64,000 nt of DNA from Nibricoccus sp. (GTDB lineage Bacteria; Verrucomicrobiota; Verrucomicrobiia; Opitutales; Opitutaceae). Shown one piece after another: positions 27,459-37,918 of the stretch (the first letter of the stretch is position 1; each line of letters opens with the position of its first letter). The DNA is taken from NCBI GenBank assembly GCA_047602425.1, contig JASGHG010000001.1, positions 2,432,001-2,496,000 of the forward strand, written 5' to 3'. Below the pieces are notes generated by a model that was not told the DNA's origin, did no database searches, and was given only the letters and a program-made list of their open reading frames with translations. The position numbers and the translations under genes were made by a program.

Positions 27459-28148
27459 TCAGTTGGAGGAAGGTTTTGGCGGCAACGGTGCGTGCGAGGC
27501 GTACAAGGTTGGGTCGTTGATACCGGCTTCAATGAAGGCTTCGCGTCGTTCCACGCACGTGCCACAAGTGCCACAATGAATGGCGCCGCCTTTGTAACAC
27601 GACCAGGTGCGTTTGTAGTCGACGCCAAGTCGTGCGCCCTCAGCGGCGATTTGGCCTTTGTTCATGGCGATAAACGGCCGCAGAAGTTTGATGCCCGGAT
27701 AAGTGCCGAGGCGCATGGCATCGCCCATCGCCTGCATGAATTCCTCGCGACAGTCCGGGTAGATCGCGTGGTCGCCGCCGTGCGCCGCGATGACGAGTCC
27801 TTCGGCACCGACGCTTTCGGCGAAACCAGTGGCTACCGACAGCATGATGGCGTTCCGGAATGGCACCACGGTCTGTTTCATCGTGGCGTGTTCGTAGTGC
27901 CCGTCTGGAATTTTTCCGCCCGAAGCGAGGAGGTCCGACGCGAAGAGCCGGTTCATGAAATCGAGTGCAACAACTTCGTGCCTCAGGCCGAGGTTGGCCG
28001 CGTGTTCGGCCGCGAAGGGAAGTTCACGAGGGTTGTGTTTCGAGCCATAGTCGAAACTCAACGATGCCACGACGTCATGTTCGCGACGCGCCCGGTAAAG
28101 GGCCGTCACGGAGTCCATGCCACCGGAGCAGAGCACTACAACTTTCAT
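27459..28148 (-). CDS. queC: 7-cyano-7-deazaguanine synthase
   Basis: SGGMDS, VPFRNAIML, YPDCR and TWSCY..HCGTCGTC. Confidence 0.95.
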   Translation of the reverse strand: MKVVVLCSGGMDSVTALYRARREHDVVASLSFDYGSKHNPRELPFAAEHAANLGLRHEVVALDFMNRLFASDLLASGGKIPDGHYEHATMKQTVVPFRNAIMLSVATGFAESVGAEGLVIAAHGGDHAIYPDCREEFMQAMGDAMRLGTYPGIKLLRPFIAMNKGQIAAEGARLGVDYKRTWSCYKGGAIHCGTCGTCVERREAFIEAGINDPTLYASHAPLPPKPSSN

Positions 28149-28246
28149 TGTCATCCGGCAGAAAAGCACAACAATCACAGAAAACAAAGCTTCTCTGCCG
28201 GCCTTTCGCGCCGGCTTTACTTTTCCCCTTTTTGCCGGTCCTGCTC

Positions 28247-29104
28247 ATGATCATATTTCACGATCCTCACTGTGCCGATTACGGCGCAACGGCACATCAG
28301 GAAAAACCGGCCCGGGTCTCCGCCACGGTTGCGCGTCTTCGGGCCAATCACCTCGATTGGCAGTGGCGCCTGCCGCCCCTCGCAGACGAATCTGTGTTGA
28401 AGCTCGTGCATTCGCCGCAACACCTCGAACGCCTCCAGTACGCCCACGATTTCGACGAAGATACGCCTTATTTCGAGAACATCTATGAGCATGCCCGTCG
28501 TTCGGTCGGTTCTGCGCTCGCGGCGATGGAGGCGGTGCTGACCGAAAATAAAAAAGTATTTTCGCTCATGCGTCCGCCCGGTCATCATGCGTTGCCGTCG
28601 CAGGCGATGGGTTTTTGTTATTTAAACCAAGTCGCGATCGCGGTTGTGGCGGCGCGCCAGCGTGGCTTGGGACGTGTCGCGGTGTGGGATTTCGATGCGC
28701 ATCACGGCAACGGCACGGAGGACATTCTCCACGATCGCGAAGGCGTGCTCTTTGTGGATGTGCATCAGGATAAAACGTATCCAGGCACTGGACACATTTC
28801 CTCAGGCAATTGTCGCAACTACTGCATCCCGCCGCACGCGCCGCGCGAGGAGCACCTAGCCGCGTTGCAGCGCTCCTTTAACGAAGTGCAAGCCTTCAAA
28901 CCCGAGCTGCTCTTTGTCTCGGCGGGATTCGATGCCTACGCGAAGGACCCGATCACGGAAATGGCGCTTGAGGTCGCGGACTATGCCACGTTGGGGCGCT
29001 GGCTTGCGGAAGCGAAGCTTCCCACGGTTGCTGTGCTCGAAGGTGGCTATAGTGGGGATGTGCCGGAACTTGTAGATTCGTTTTTGACCGCGTGGGCTGA
29101 GTAG
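28247..29104 (+). CDS. Histone deacetylase family protein
   Basis: RPPGHHA, GFCYLN, DFDAHHGNGT, SAGFDA and LEGGY. Confidence 0.93.
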   Translation: MIIFHDPHCADYGATAHQEKPARVSATVARLRANHLDWQWRLPPLADESVLKLVHSPQHLERLQYAHDFDEDTPYFENIYEHARRSVGSALAAMEAVLTENKKVFSLMRPPGHHALPSQAMGFCYLNQVAIAVVAARQRGLGRVAVWDFDAHHGNGTEDILHDREGVLFVDVHQDKTYPGTGHISSGNCRNYCIPPHAPREEHLAALQRSFNEVQAFKPELLFVSAGFDAYAKDPITEMALEVADYATLGRWLAEAKLPTVAVLEGGYSGDVPELVDSFLTAWAE

Positions 29105-29122
29105 TGTTTTGCTTTCCGTTCC

Positions 29123-30268
29123 TTGAACGCCACGCCTGCCTACCAACTTGTCGAAAATTCCGCGCAACTCGCGCCGCTCCTCGCCGCACTTGACCGAACC
29201 GAGGAAGCCGCTGTCGACACCGAGGCCGACAACCTTTACCACTACCGGACGCGGGTTTGCCTGCTGCAGTTTTTTGTCGCCGGGGAAATTTATCTGGTCG
29301 ACGTGCTTGCCCCCGAGCTCGACCTCGAACCGCTTTGGGAGCGCCTCGCGAAGAAACATCTGCTCATGCATGGCAGCGATTTTGACCTGCGCCTGCTGCA
29401 CGATCTCCGCGGTTTTAGAGCAAAGAGCATGTTCGACACCATGCTCGCCGCACAGCTTCTGAATCGCCAACGCATCGGGCTTGCCGCTTTGCTGGAGGAA
29501 CATTTCGACGTCGCCCTCGACAAGGATTCCCAAAAAGCCAACTGGTCAAAACGTCCTCTTTCCAAGCGGCTCCTCGATTACGCCGCGCTGGATGTTTATT
29601 ATCTGCCGAGACTGCGCGACATTCTCACGCACGAACTCGCAAAACTCCAGCGACTCGAATGGCTCGACCAGCAATGTCAGCGGCAAATCGAAGCCGCCGC
29701 CGCCGGTTTTCCCGGCAACGACGAAAACGCCTGGCGCATTGGCCGCTCCGAACGCCTGCACTCGCACGGTCTCGCCGTTCTGCACGCAGTCTGGCACTGG
29801 CGCGAAGAATGGGCGCGCAAACTTGATGTCCCGCCTTTCAAAGTCACCGGCAACGAACTCCTGATGAAGATGGCCGATGCCGCAGACCACGGCCTTTCCG
29901 TCCGCGCCATTCTCGAAACCGTCCACCTCGGCAAACGCCACGAACGCCTTGCGTCCAGCCTCGCCGCCGCGCTCGAGGCAGGTTTTGCCCGCGATCCGCA
30001 CACGCTTCCGCGTCGCCGGGGGCGCAATCCTGACATTCAACCCCTTTCTGCCGCCGAACTCGCTTTGCAGGACAGCCTCAAGGCCGACCGGGATCGCGTT
30101 GCCGCGCGTATTCAAATTGACCCTACACTCATAGCGAATCGTGCCCAACTCGCCTTGATTGCGCGGGCGCCCGACAAGCTCGACGAGTTTCTCCTTCCCT
30201 GGCAGGCCGGCCTCCTGCGCAACGAACCCTCGCTCAACCCCGCCAGCCCGGAAACACCGCCGGCCTGA
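29123..30268 (+). CDS. rnd: Ribonuclease D (DEDDy exonuclease + HRDC domain)
   Basis: AVDTE, FDTMLAA, NWSKRPLS..YAALDV and the HRDC motif WREEWARKLDVPPF. Confidence 0.9.
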   Translation: MNATPAYQLVENSAQLAPLLAALDRTEEAAVDTEADNLYHYRTRVCLLQFFVAGEIYLVDVLAPELDLEPLWERLAKKHLLMHGSDFDLRLLHDLRGFRAKSMFDTMLAAQLLNRQRIGLAALLEEHFDVALDKDSQKANWSKRPLSKRLLDYAALDVYYLPRLRDILTHELAKLQRLEWLDQQCQRQIEAAAAGFPGNDENAWRIGRSERLHSHGLAVLHAVWHWREEWARKLDVPPFKVTGNELLMKMADAADHGLSVRAILETVHLGKRHERLASSLAAALEAGFARDPHTLPRRRGRNPDIQPLSAAELALQDSLKADRDRVAARIQIDPTLIANRAQLALIARAPDKLDEFLLPWQAGLLRNEPSLNPASPETPPA

Positions 30269-30272
30269 GTCA

Positions 30273-32024
30273 ATGTCCGCCTCCGCCAATATCGCGCAAC
30301 ACCTGCCCCTGATGGCGGAGCGCCAGCCGGCCCGGCCCGCATTGAAAATTCCACGCGGTCGCACCGCGCGGGGAGACATCGATTATCTCACGCTCAACTT
30401 TGCCGAACTCGACGCCGAGGTCGACACCTGGGCCTCCCACCTGCGCAATCGCGGAGTCGCGACCGGCGATAGGACCTTGGTGATGGTTCGGCAAGGCCTT
30501 CCGCTGATTGCGGCGGCCTTCGCGCTTTTTAAAATTGGTGCCGTGCCGATCGTGATCGATCCTGGCATGGGCTTGAAAAGTTTTCTCGCCTGCGTCGGCC
30601 GTTCGCAGCCGCGGGTGTTGCTTGGAATTCCCTTCGCGCAAATCATCAGCCGCATAGCGCGAAACTCTTTTCGCAGTGTGCAGGTACGTGTGACGGCTAG
30701 CGGTAATCCTCTGGCTCGTCGCGAGCACTCTTTTTCGCCCAACAATTCGCGTCCCGCGCCGGTGGCCCGCAGCGCCGCCGATCTCGCGGCCATCCTGTTC
30801 ACTTCCGGTTCCACGGGCGCCCCGAAGGGCGTTTGCTATGAGCACGGCATGTTCGACGCGCAGATTCGTCTCATTCAGGAGACTTATGTAATCGAACCAG
30901 GCGAAATCGACCTGCCCATGTTGCCGATCTTCGCGCTTTTCAATCCCGCGCTCGGCATGACGACCATCGTTCCGGAGATTGATCCGAGCAAACCCGCGCA
31001 AGTTGACCCCGCCAAAATTGTGCAAGCCATCCAGCAGGAAGGCGTGACCAACTCCTTTGGCTCGCCAACCCTTTGGGGAAAAATCGCCGACCACTGCCTC
31101 GCTCGTGATATCACCTTGCCAAGCCTGAAACGTGTCTTGTGCGCCGGCGCGCCCGTGCCCGCGCCCCTCTGGGAAAAATCGCTGCGCCTCCTGCCCAACG
31201 GCCAACTCCACAGCCCGTACGGCGCCACCGAATCTTTACCGATAAGCACTGTCTCGGCTTCCGAAATCCTCGCACTGGGACAAATCCCCCCGAAGCCTGT
31301 TTGTAATTCATTAGATGACAAACTGCCTGTTTCAGCAGTGCCGGTAGTTCAGAAAGATTGTCATCTAATGAATGACAAACGTATTGCTGCAATTTCTCAG
31401 AATGGCGCCTGCGTGGGGCGGCCGGTGCAGGGAATTGAGGTGAAGATCGTCGCCGTCTCTGATGGGCCGATAGCTACGTTTGCGGAGGTGCGCGAACTTC
31501 CGACGGGCGAGATTGGCGAGATCATTGTCAGCGGTCCGGTGGTGACGAAGGAATACGATGGTCTGCCCGAGGCGACGGCAGCGTCGAAAATTAAGGGCGG
31601 CTCTGGTTTGGTTTGGCATCGGATGGGCGATTGTGGGTACCGCGATGCGGATGGGCGGCTTTGGTTTTGCGGGAGAAAAGCCGAGCGAGTTATTACCGCT
31701 AGCGAAACGTTGTTTACCGAACCTTGTGAACGCGTTTTTCGGCCGCTGCCTGGCGTGGCTCGTTGTGCGCTGATTGGTTTGGGCAAAAAAGGCGCGCAAG
31801 TGCCTGCGTTGGTCGTGCAGCCGACAAAAAAACTTTCCGCAGCCGACGCCGTGGAATTGGCGGGGGCACTTCGCAATCAGGCGAAGCAACACTCGGCGAC
31901 CAAGGGTATCGCGCGTTTTTATTTCCATCCCGATTTTCCGGTGGATGTTCGCCACAACGCCAAAATCCACCGGCTCACGCTCGCCAAGTGGGCGGCGAGC
32001 GCGCAAGCTCACGAGATTCCATGA
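30273..32024 (+). CDS. oleC: OleC-like AMP-dependent ligase (olefin beta-lactone synthetase)
   Basis: IDPGMG, AAILFTSGSTGAPKGV, SFGSP, SPYGATESLP, WHRMGD and FPVDVRHNAKI; directly followed by an oleD-like gene. Confidence 0.85.
   Translation: MSASANIAQHLPLMAERQPARPALKIPRGRTARGDIDYLTLNFAELDAEVDTWASHLRNRGVATGDRTLVMVRQGLPLIAAAFALFKIGAVPIVIDPGMGLKSFLACVGRSQPRVLLGIPFAQIISRIARNSFRSVQVRVTASGNPLARREHSFSPNNSRPAPVARSAADLAAILFTSGSTGAPKGVCYEHGMFDAQIRLIQETYVIEPGEIDLPMLPIFALFNPALGMTTIVPEIDPSKPAQVDPAKIVQAIQQEGVTNSFGSPTLWGKIADHCLARDITLPSLKRVLCAGAPVPAPLWEKSLRLLPNGQLHSPYGATESLPISTVSASEILALGQIPPKPVCNSLDDKLPVSAVPVVQKDCHLMNDKRIAAISQNGACVGRPVQGIEVKIVAVSDGPIATFAEVRELPTGEIGEIIVSGPVVTKEYDGLPEATAASKIKGGSGLVWHRMGDCGYRDADGRLWFCGRKAERVITASETLFTEPCERVFRPLPGVARCALIGLGKKGAQVPALVVQPTKKLSAADAVELAGALRNQAKQHSATKGIARFYFHPDFPVDVRHNAKIHRLTLAKWAASAQAHEIP
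31299..31380. repeat. AT-rich palindromic element inserted in frame within oleC
   Basis: Two 23-nt arms, GTTTGTAATTCATTAGATGACAA and TTGTCATCTAATGAATGACAAAC, are reverse complements (1 mismatch). Each arm is also self-complementary. Confidence 0.8.
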
Positions 32025-33064
32025 GCAGCGCACTAGTCACAGGCGGCACTGGTTTTCTAGGACGACGGCTTGTCGAGCGTTTGCTCGCGCAAGGTCGGTC
32101 AGTGGCTTTTTTGGCGCGGCATCCAGCGGCAGAGTTGGAGCGTCAAGGCGCACGGTTTATTTGTGCCAGCCTAGACGACCCGGATGACATCCACAAAGCA
32201 TGTGCGGACGTGGAAACCGTTTTCCATGTCGCCGCGAAAGTCGGCGTTTGGGGACGCTACGACGATTATTTCGCAACCAATGTGCTGGGCACACGCGCGC
32301 TTCTCGAAGGGTGCCGCAAGCACGGCGTCAAAAACTTCATCTACACGAGCACCCCGAGTGTGATCTACAACGGTTTCGACTTGGCCGACGCCGACGAAAA
32401 TTATCCCCTGACCGACGAGTGCCCGAGTCCCTATCCGTTGACCAAGGCCGTCGCCGAGCGCGAGGTGCTTGAGGCTAATTCGGAGGCTTTGCGCACCGTG
32501 GCCTTGCGGCCGCATTTGATCTGGGGCGTGGGCGATCCGCACCTTGTACCGCGCGTGCTGGAACGGGCCCGAGCCGGACGGTTGCGCATCGTCGGTGACG
32601 GCAAAAACCGTGTCGATATGGTCCACGTCGAGAACGCCGTCGATGCACAGTTGCTTGCCGAGAAAGCCCTCGACGGCTGCGCACCTGGCAAGGCCTATTT
32701 TATCACCAACGATGAACCGACGCTGCTCTGGGGTTGGATCAACCAATTGCTATCGGCGCTCGGCGAACGGCCGGTGGAAAAACAGCTATCGTTGCGCACT
32801 GCCTCCACGATCGGCTTCGCTTGCGAAACGCTTTGGCGTATTTTTCCGTTAAAAGGCGAGCCGCCCATGACCCGCTTTGTCGCGGCGGAGCTGGCAAAGG
32901 ATCATTGGTTCAACATCACCGCAGCGAAACGCGATCTGGGTTATCGCCCGCGGATTAGCATGGCGGAAGGCACGATCGAATTGATCGCCCATCTTAAGAA
33001 ACAGGCTGGCCTCTCAGCGGAAGATTCGCCGATCTCATTCCCACCGACAAACCGGACCGCGTGA
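32021..33064 (+). CDS. oleD: OleD-like NAD(P)-dependent reductase (3-beta-HSD/extended SDR)
   Basis: TGGTGFLG, HVAAKVGVWG, YTSTPSV, YPLTK and LRPHLIWG; ATGA overlap with oleC. Confidence 0.85.
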   Translation: MSSALVTGGTGFLGRRLVERLLAQGRSVAFLARHPAAELERQGARFICASLDDPDDIHKACADVETVFHVAAKVGVWGRYDDYFATNVLGTRALLEGCRKHGVKNFIYTSTPSVIYNGFDLADADENYPLTDECPSPYPLTKAVAEREVLEANSEALRTVALRPHLIWGVGDPHLVPRVLERARAGRLRIVGDGKNRVDMVHVENAVDAQLLAEKALDGCAPGKAYFITNDEPTLLWGWINQLLSALGERPVEKQLSLRTASTIGFACETLWRIFPLKGEPPMTRFVAAELAKDHWFNITAAKRDLGYRPRISMAEGTIELIAHLKKQAGLSAEDSPISFPPTNRTA

Positions 33065-33321
33065 GCGCGCTACTGCGCTCAGTGCGCGACCTTGGGCTCA
33101 CGTATCGGTGTCGCCGGAGAAGGCTGAAGGCGCCACTATAACAAACTACAGATTAACCTGTTATGAAATCATTCGGCCCGGTGTAAGGATTTCGGATTCA
33201 CATAAAAACTGACAAAGATGCCTACACCTTGCAAAAATCGAAACATCTAAACATAAGATTTTATTAATAAGATACTTATATAATATCTATTGCCTCGATT
33301 GTCCAAAATTGAGGGCTTCTT

Positions 33322-33454
33322 TGTCAGAAAACCTTACAATCGATTTTGCCGAAATAAAAACAATAGCCGGGAAAATAGATATTTTAAGCCGCTAATTTTA
33401 AGCAGCTTACAAAATCAAAAAATGCACATTTTTTGCATTGGCATGTAAGTGGCT
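33322..33454 (+). promoter_or_regulatory. Sigma-54 promoter with candidate PrsR enhancer site
   Basis: TGGCATGTAAGTGGCT (33439-33454, GG-N10-GC). TGT-N11-ACA (33322-33338) ends 102 nt upstream of the GG. Confidence 0.72.
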
Positions 33455-33482
33455 TTAGAACGGGTCAGGCTAAAAACTTAAA

Positions 33483-34181
33483 ATGAAAACATCCCTCAAA
33501 GCACTTGCATTGGTAGCGGCTCTTTCTAGCGCTATTTCAATTGTCCACGCAGATTCACTGACCCTGACATCTGATCCCAACTATTCTAACGAAGTATCCG
33601 GAGGCGGCGCGTACATCGCCAAGATCCTCAGCGGTCCGGCCAACAATTGGGACTACTCTGGCCCAGCCAAGATCGGCACCGACAGCTTCTTGACTTTCTG
33701 CATCGAAAAGAACGAAGGCTTCAATTCCACCAGCACCTACAACTACACATTGATCAACGGTGCCATGAACGGTGGTCTCGGCGGCCAAACCTCCTTGAAC
33801 TACGATGGCGTTTCGAATGCCACCGCGTTCCTCTACTCGGTCTTCGCTCAGGGCAACTTGGGTGGCGTTCTTGGCTTCACCTACGACAACACCGCCACGG
33901 GTTACAGCTACCTTCAGACCGCCATCTGGCATCTCGAAGGCGAGCTCGACACCGGCAATGCTCTGTCCGATTGGGTTAAATCCTACCTCGGCGCGGACTG
34001 GGCGGCTGACAACAATGGCGCTTTCGGCGTCCTTGCTCTGCACCTCACGGATGAGCGCCAGGGCTTGGTTCAGGATCAGCTCTACTTCCATCGCGTTCCT
34101 GATCAGGGCTGGACGGTTGCCTTTATCGGCCTCGTTTTGCTCGGCGTTGCCAGCTTCCGCAAATTCTCCTTCTCGAAATAA
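33483..34181 (+). CDS. PEP-CTERM (VPDxG-CTERM) sorted surface protein
   Basis: Signal peptide; VPDQG + transmembrane helix + RKFSFSK; paralog of 8598-9296; adjacent to the prs/exosortase cluster. Confidence 0.9.
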   Translation: MKTSLKALALVAALSSAISIVHADSLTLTSDPNYSNEVSGGGAYIAKILSGPANNWDYSGPAKIGTDSFLTFCIEKNEGFNSTSTYNYTLINGAMNGGLGGQTSLNYDGVSNATAFLYSVFAQGNLGGVLGFTYDNTATGYSYLQTAIWHLEGELDTGNALSDWVKSYLGADWAADNNGAFGVLALHLTDERQGLVQDQLYFHRVPDQGWTVAFIGLVLLGVASFRKFSFSK

Positions 34182-34206
34182 TTCGAGCGAGAATCGTTTG
34201 AAATTT

Positions 34207-34236
34207 GGCACCCGGATTTTCCGGGTGCCTTTTTTT
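34207..34236 (+). terminator. Rho-independent terminator
   Basis: GGCACCCGGA-TTT-TCCGGGTGCC followed by T7. Confidence 0.88.
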
Positions 34237-34389
34237 GCGTCGATTTTTTGGTTCCGGCTGGTGGAGGCAGACGCCCTTACATCCATTCAACAGCCTGAGT
34301 TGCCGGGTTGATCGAAGAACCGTGGTTCACCAGCGCGGACCGTGGAATCCATAAATCCCCTTTGGCGGGGGTTGTTTGTTCGGCAGAGG

Positions 34390-35754
34390 CTATTCAGATT
34401 CGTTCTTACTGATGCCGAGCTTTTCCATGAGTTCGTAGAAGGTGGGGCGACTGATGCCGAGTTCGGCGGCGGCGGCGGAAATTTTATTGTTATGTTTTCG
34501 AAGCGATTGCTGAAGCATGTCGCGCTCCAGTGCTTCGCGGGCTTCCTTGAGCGTGCCGCCTCCGCGGGTGGTGGCGTGGGTGCTGGTGAGTTCGAGGTCT
34601 TGGGCAGTCAGGCGTTTTTCACCGCCCATGATCACGGCCCGGCGCACACGATTCTGCAATTCGCGGATGTTGCCCGGCCAGTCGTGTCGCTGGATGGCAC
34701 GTTGGGCCTCGGGCGCAAAACTGAGTCCCGTCTTGCCGCTCTCCTTGGCGAATTGTTGGAGGAACGATTGCGCGAGGAAGAGGATGTCTCCTTCACGATT
34801 GCGCAGGGCGGGCAGCACAATTTGCACCACCGCGAGACGGTAGAAGAGATCCTCGCGGAAGGTGCCGCCAACCATGCCTTTTTTCAGATCGGCATTGGTT
34901 GCGGCGATCACGCGGGTGTCGACCGGGATTTCCTGGCGTCCACCGACGCGTTCGATGCAGCGTTCCTGAAGGAATCTTAGGAGCTTGACTTGGATCGGCA
35001 GTGGAATTTCGCCGATTTCGTCGAGAAAAAGAGTGCCGCCCGAAGCGGTTTCAATCCGTCCTTTGCGCTGGACGTGTGCGCCGGTGAAGGAGCCTTTTTC
35101 GTGACCGAAGAGTTCGCTTTCGATGAGCGTCTCCGGAATCGCGCTGCAATTGATGGCGACGAACGGACCATCCTTGCGCGTGCTCCGGTTGTGAATGGCG
35201 CGGGCGGTCATTTCCTTGCCAGTGCCGCTTTCTCCGAGGATGAGGACGGGAGCGTCGACGGTGGCAACCTTGCGGATCGTGTCGAAGACGATTTGCATGG
35301 GCGCGCTGGTTCCGAGAATGCCGTCGAAGACCTCGCCTTGAAGGCGGCCTTGGACATCACGGTATTCGCGTTCCAGCTGGGCTACATGGAAGCAACGCTT
35401 CAGGAGGAGCTTCAGCTCGACCATTTCCACGGGCTTGCCGAGGAAATCGTAAGCGCCGGCACCGACCGCTTGAAGGGCGTTAAATTTTTCGCCCTGACCG
35501 GAAATGATCACGATTTTCGTCAGCGGATCGAGGGCGAGCAATTCCGCGAGCGTGGCTAGCCCTTCATCGGACTTGGCGGGATTGGGCGGCAGTCCCAGGT
35601 CGAGAAGAACGACGGAGGGTTTGGCGATGCGGGCTTGTTCGACCGCTTGCGCACGGTCGCCCGCTTGCAGAATTTCATAGTCCTGCGTCAGCGCCCATTT
35701 CATTTGCGTGCGGATTTCGTCGTCGTCGTCGACGATGAGGAGTTTGGGTTTCAT
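34390..35754 (-). CDS. prsR: PEP-CTERM-box sigma-54 response regulator
   Basis: REC domain (VLLDLGLPP); AAA domain with [21 protein letters not shown] and [10 protein letters not shown]; Fis-type HTH; next to prsK. Confidence 0.9.
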   Translation of the reverse strand: MKPKLLIVDDDDEIRTQMKWALTQDYEILQAGDRAQAVEQARIAKPSVVLLDLGLPPNPAKSDEGLATLAELLALDPLTKIVIISGQGEKFNALQAVGAGAYDFLGKPVEMVELKLLLKRCFHVAQLEREYRDVQGRLQGEVFDGILGTSAPMQIVFDTIRKVATVDAPVLILGESGTGKEMTARAIHNRSTRKDGPFVAINCSAIPETLIESELFGHEKGSFTGAHVQRKGRIETASGGTLFLDEIGEIPLPIQVKLLRFLQERCIERVGGRQEIPVDTRVIAATNADLKKGMVGGTFREDLFYRLAVVQIVLPALRNREGDILFLAQSFLQQFAKESGKTGLSFAPEAQRAIQRHDWPGNIRELQNRVRRAVIMGGEKRLTAQDLELTSTHATTRGGGTLKEAREALERDMLQQSLRKHNNKISAAAAELGISRPTFYELMEKLGISKNESE

Positions 35755-37865
35755 CAGGTGCCTGGGGGAAGGGGGAGGGATACGCGAAAGGTGGTGCCTT
35801 GCCCGGGAGTGCTTTCGACCGCAATGCGGCCGCCATGGGCTTCAATAATCATCCTGCTTTGAAACATGCCGATGCCGAGCCCGTTTTTCTTGGTTGTTTG
35901 AAAGGGGCGAAAGAGCGATTTGCCGAGAAATTCTGGAGACATGCCACAACCATTGTCGGTCGCGGTGAGTACGGCCCAGTCGCCCTGCCGGCCCGTGGAG
36001 AGTCGGAGACGACCCTGGCCATTGGTGGCTTCGTGGGCGTTGAGCACGAGATTGGTGACAACTTTGCTGAACTGTTCTGAATCGACAAACAGACGTGGCA
36101 GCGGAGTCAGGGCGGTTTCGAGGGTGAACGTGGGGCCTGGTTCGAAACCGGCCAGCGCCGCGGTGACGACTGCGTTGAGGTCGGCTTCGGAGGACTGGAT
36201 TTTCAGCTCCCGACGCAGTTCGCTGAGCCGGCTAATGAGATTGTTGATGTGTGCAACGGATTTGCCGACGCCACGGAGAGCATCCTGCCGGAACTCGGGG
36301 TCGTCGAAGTGCGTGGGCAGGTTTTGCAGCATCAGGCTCAACGTCGAGGCGGCGTTCTTCAAATCATGCACGAAGAATGCTGCCATGGTTTGAAACGCCT
36401 CGTGTTCGCGAGATTGCAGTAGACGCTGTGAAAGGCGCACGTTGAGCAGGCCGGAGGCGACGTGTTCGCCGATGGATTTGAGCAAATCGCAATCCTGGAT
36501 CGTAAAGGAGGTTCCCGCCACGCGGTCGCCAAGCATGATGAAGGCGAGGACTTCGCCGCGACTCACGATGGGAACGCAGACACGGTTTCCGCCCTTGTGA
36601 AATTCGTCCGGATGGCAGCGGCGAAGGATGACCGCCCACATCTCGCCGGCTTTCTCGATATCGACTGGGTCGGTATGGCTGCGCAGATATTTGATGACGA
36701 TCTCGGTTCCGGCGGCGTCGGGTTTGAGCGTGCGTGCTTTTTCGGCGGATAACGAAGTGGAGGCGGCAAGGGCAACTTCCCCGCGCCGTTCGTCAAGCAC
36801 CCAGAGTGAGACGCAAAGGGCCTTGAACGTGTCGGCGAGCAGCATGACGACGGCTTGGCTGAAGTCGGTTTGTTCGACGCGCGAAGCGGTGCCTTCGGTG
36901 AAACGGCGCCACACCGCCTGATAGTCGTAAAGCGGACGCTTGAAATGACGGCTGACGAAACGCCGCAGGTGAAGATTGACGCGGTCCGATTGCAGGAGGA
37001 CGGCGAGGCTGACCACGGCGGCGAGGGTCGCAAAGGCCTTGAGTTCGAACGAACCTTCGCTGCCAAAGTGCCGGGCGAACGAGGCAAGCAGGCCGACCAC
37101 GAACAAATATATACCGGCAATAACGATTGTGACGGTTCCCTGCAGAACGGATTGCGAAGGATGGACATTAAGAGCGAGCGGTTCGTCGCGAAAGATCGAG
37201 CGAAAGATGAGCAAGGCCGCAACGAGCAGGCCGCAGGAGTTCAACGATTCCATGGCCGGGGTGATTTCCCGGTAAAGCAGAGCCTGGCTGGCGGTGAAAA
37301 TGCGGATGATGAGCAGGACCGCCGCCCCCATGAGCATGAATTTTATCCGCCAGCGGATCAGGCCAACCGAGGCACGGAAACTCCGCTCGAGGTTCATCAG
37401 GACAAGGATCGCGCTAACCAATAGCAATAGATAGCGGAACATGCCGAAGCCGCCCAAGATGAAATGCGGCATGGGGTCGGGTTTGTTGTCGTAGGCGATG
37501 ATGGGCAGGCTTTGTGGGAAAATCACGCTGATGCCGACCGGCAGAATAAAGGCCGCTACTAATATCCATCGCCAACGCGATACACATTCACGGGCGTTTT
37601 CCCGGGCATAGGTAAGGCTGAACAGAAGCCAGAAGCCTGGAAGGAACGCCGCTCCGATGCCGCAGGCATGCAACCATTGGGCGAGGTGTCCGAAGGCGGC
37701 CTGGTTTGAAGCGAAGCCGCAGAACGTGCGCTCGACGGCCAAGGTCAACATGCCACCGACAAACGCCCACATGGCAATGGAGCGTCGGGCCCGCAAGGCC
37801 GCGATCAACGCCAGCACGCCGGCGCCCATGGCGCTCAGAAAGGCGAGAATCTCGGCGGTGTGCAT
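35754..37865 (-). CDS. prsK: PEP-CTERM system histidine kinase
   Basis: N-terminal multi-transmembrane region, RFVSRHF..YDY, GAF domain, AFFVHDLKN and FRPFQTTKKNGLGIG. Confidence 0.9.
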   Translation of the reverse strand: MHTAEILAFLSAMGAGVLALIAALRARRSIAMWAFVGGMLTLAVERTFCGFASNQAAFGHLAQWLHACGIGAAFLPGFWLLFSLTYARENARECVSRWRWILVAAFILPVGISVIFPQSLPIIAYDNKPDPMPHFILGGFGMFRYLLLLVSAILVLMNLERSFRASVGLIRWRIKFMLMGAAVLLIIRIFTASQALLYREITPAMESLNSCGLLVAALLIFRSIFRDEPLALNVHPSQSVLQGTVTIVIAGIYLFVVGLLASFARHFGSEGSFELKAFATLAAVVSLAVLLQSDRVNLHLRRFVSRHFKRPLYDYQAVWRRFTEGTASRVEQTDFSQAVVMLLADTFKALCVSLWVLDERRGEVALAASTSLSAEKARTLKPDAAGTEIVIKYLRSHTDPVDIEKAGEMWAVILRRCHPDEFHKGGNRVCVPIVSRGEVLAFIMLGDRVAGTSFTIQDCDLLKSIGEHVASGLLNVRLSQRLLQSREHEAFQTMAAFFVHDLKNAASTLSLMLQNLPTHFDDPEFRQDALRGVGKSVAHINNLISRLSELRRELKIQSSEADLNAVVTAALAGFEPGPTFTLETALTPLPRLFVDSEQFSKVVTNLVLNAHEATNGQGRLRLSTGRQGDWAVLTATDNGCGMSPEFLGKSLFRPFQTTKKNGLGIGMFQSRMIIEAHGGRIAVESTPGQGTTFRVSLPLPPGT

Positions 37866-37918
37866 GCGGTCGGCGAGGCAGCGGTCCTACGTGAGGCGAT
37901 GAGGGGCCAGTCGGCTGG

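Noticed and set aside
28149..28246. Possible preQ1 riboswitch upstream of queC
   Set aside because: Short divergent intergenic gap with no recognisable preQ1 aptamer.
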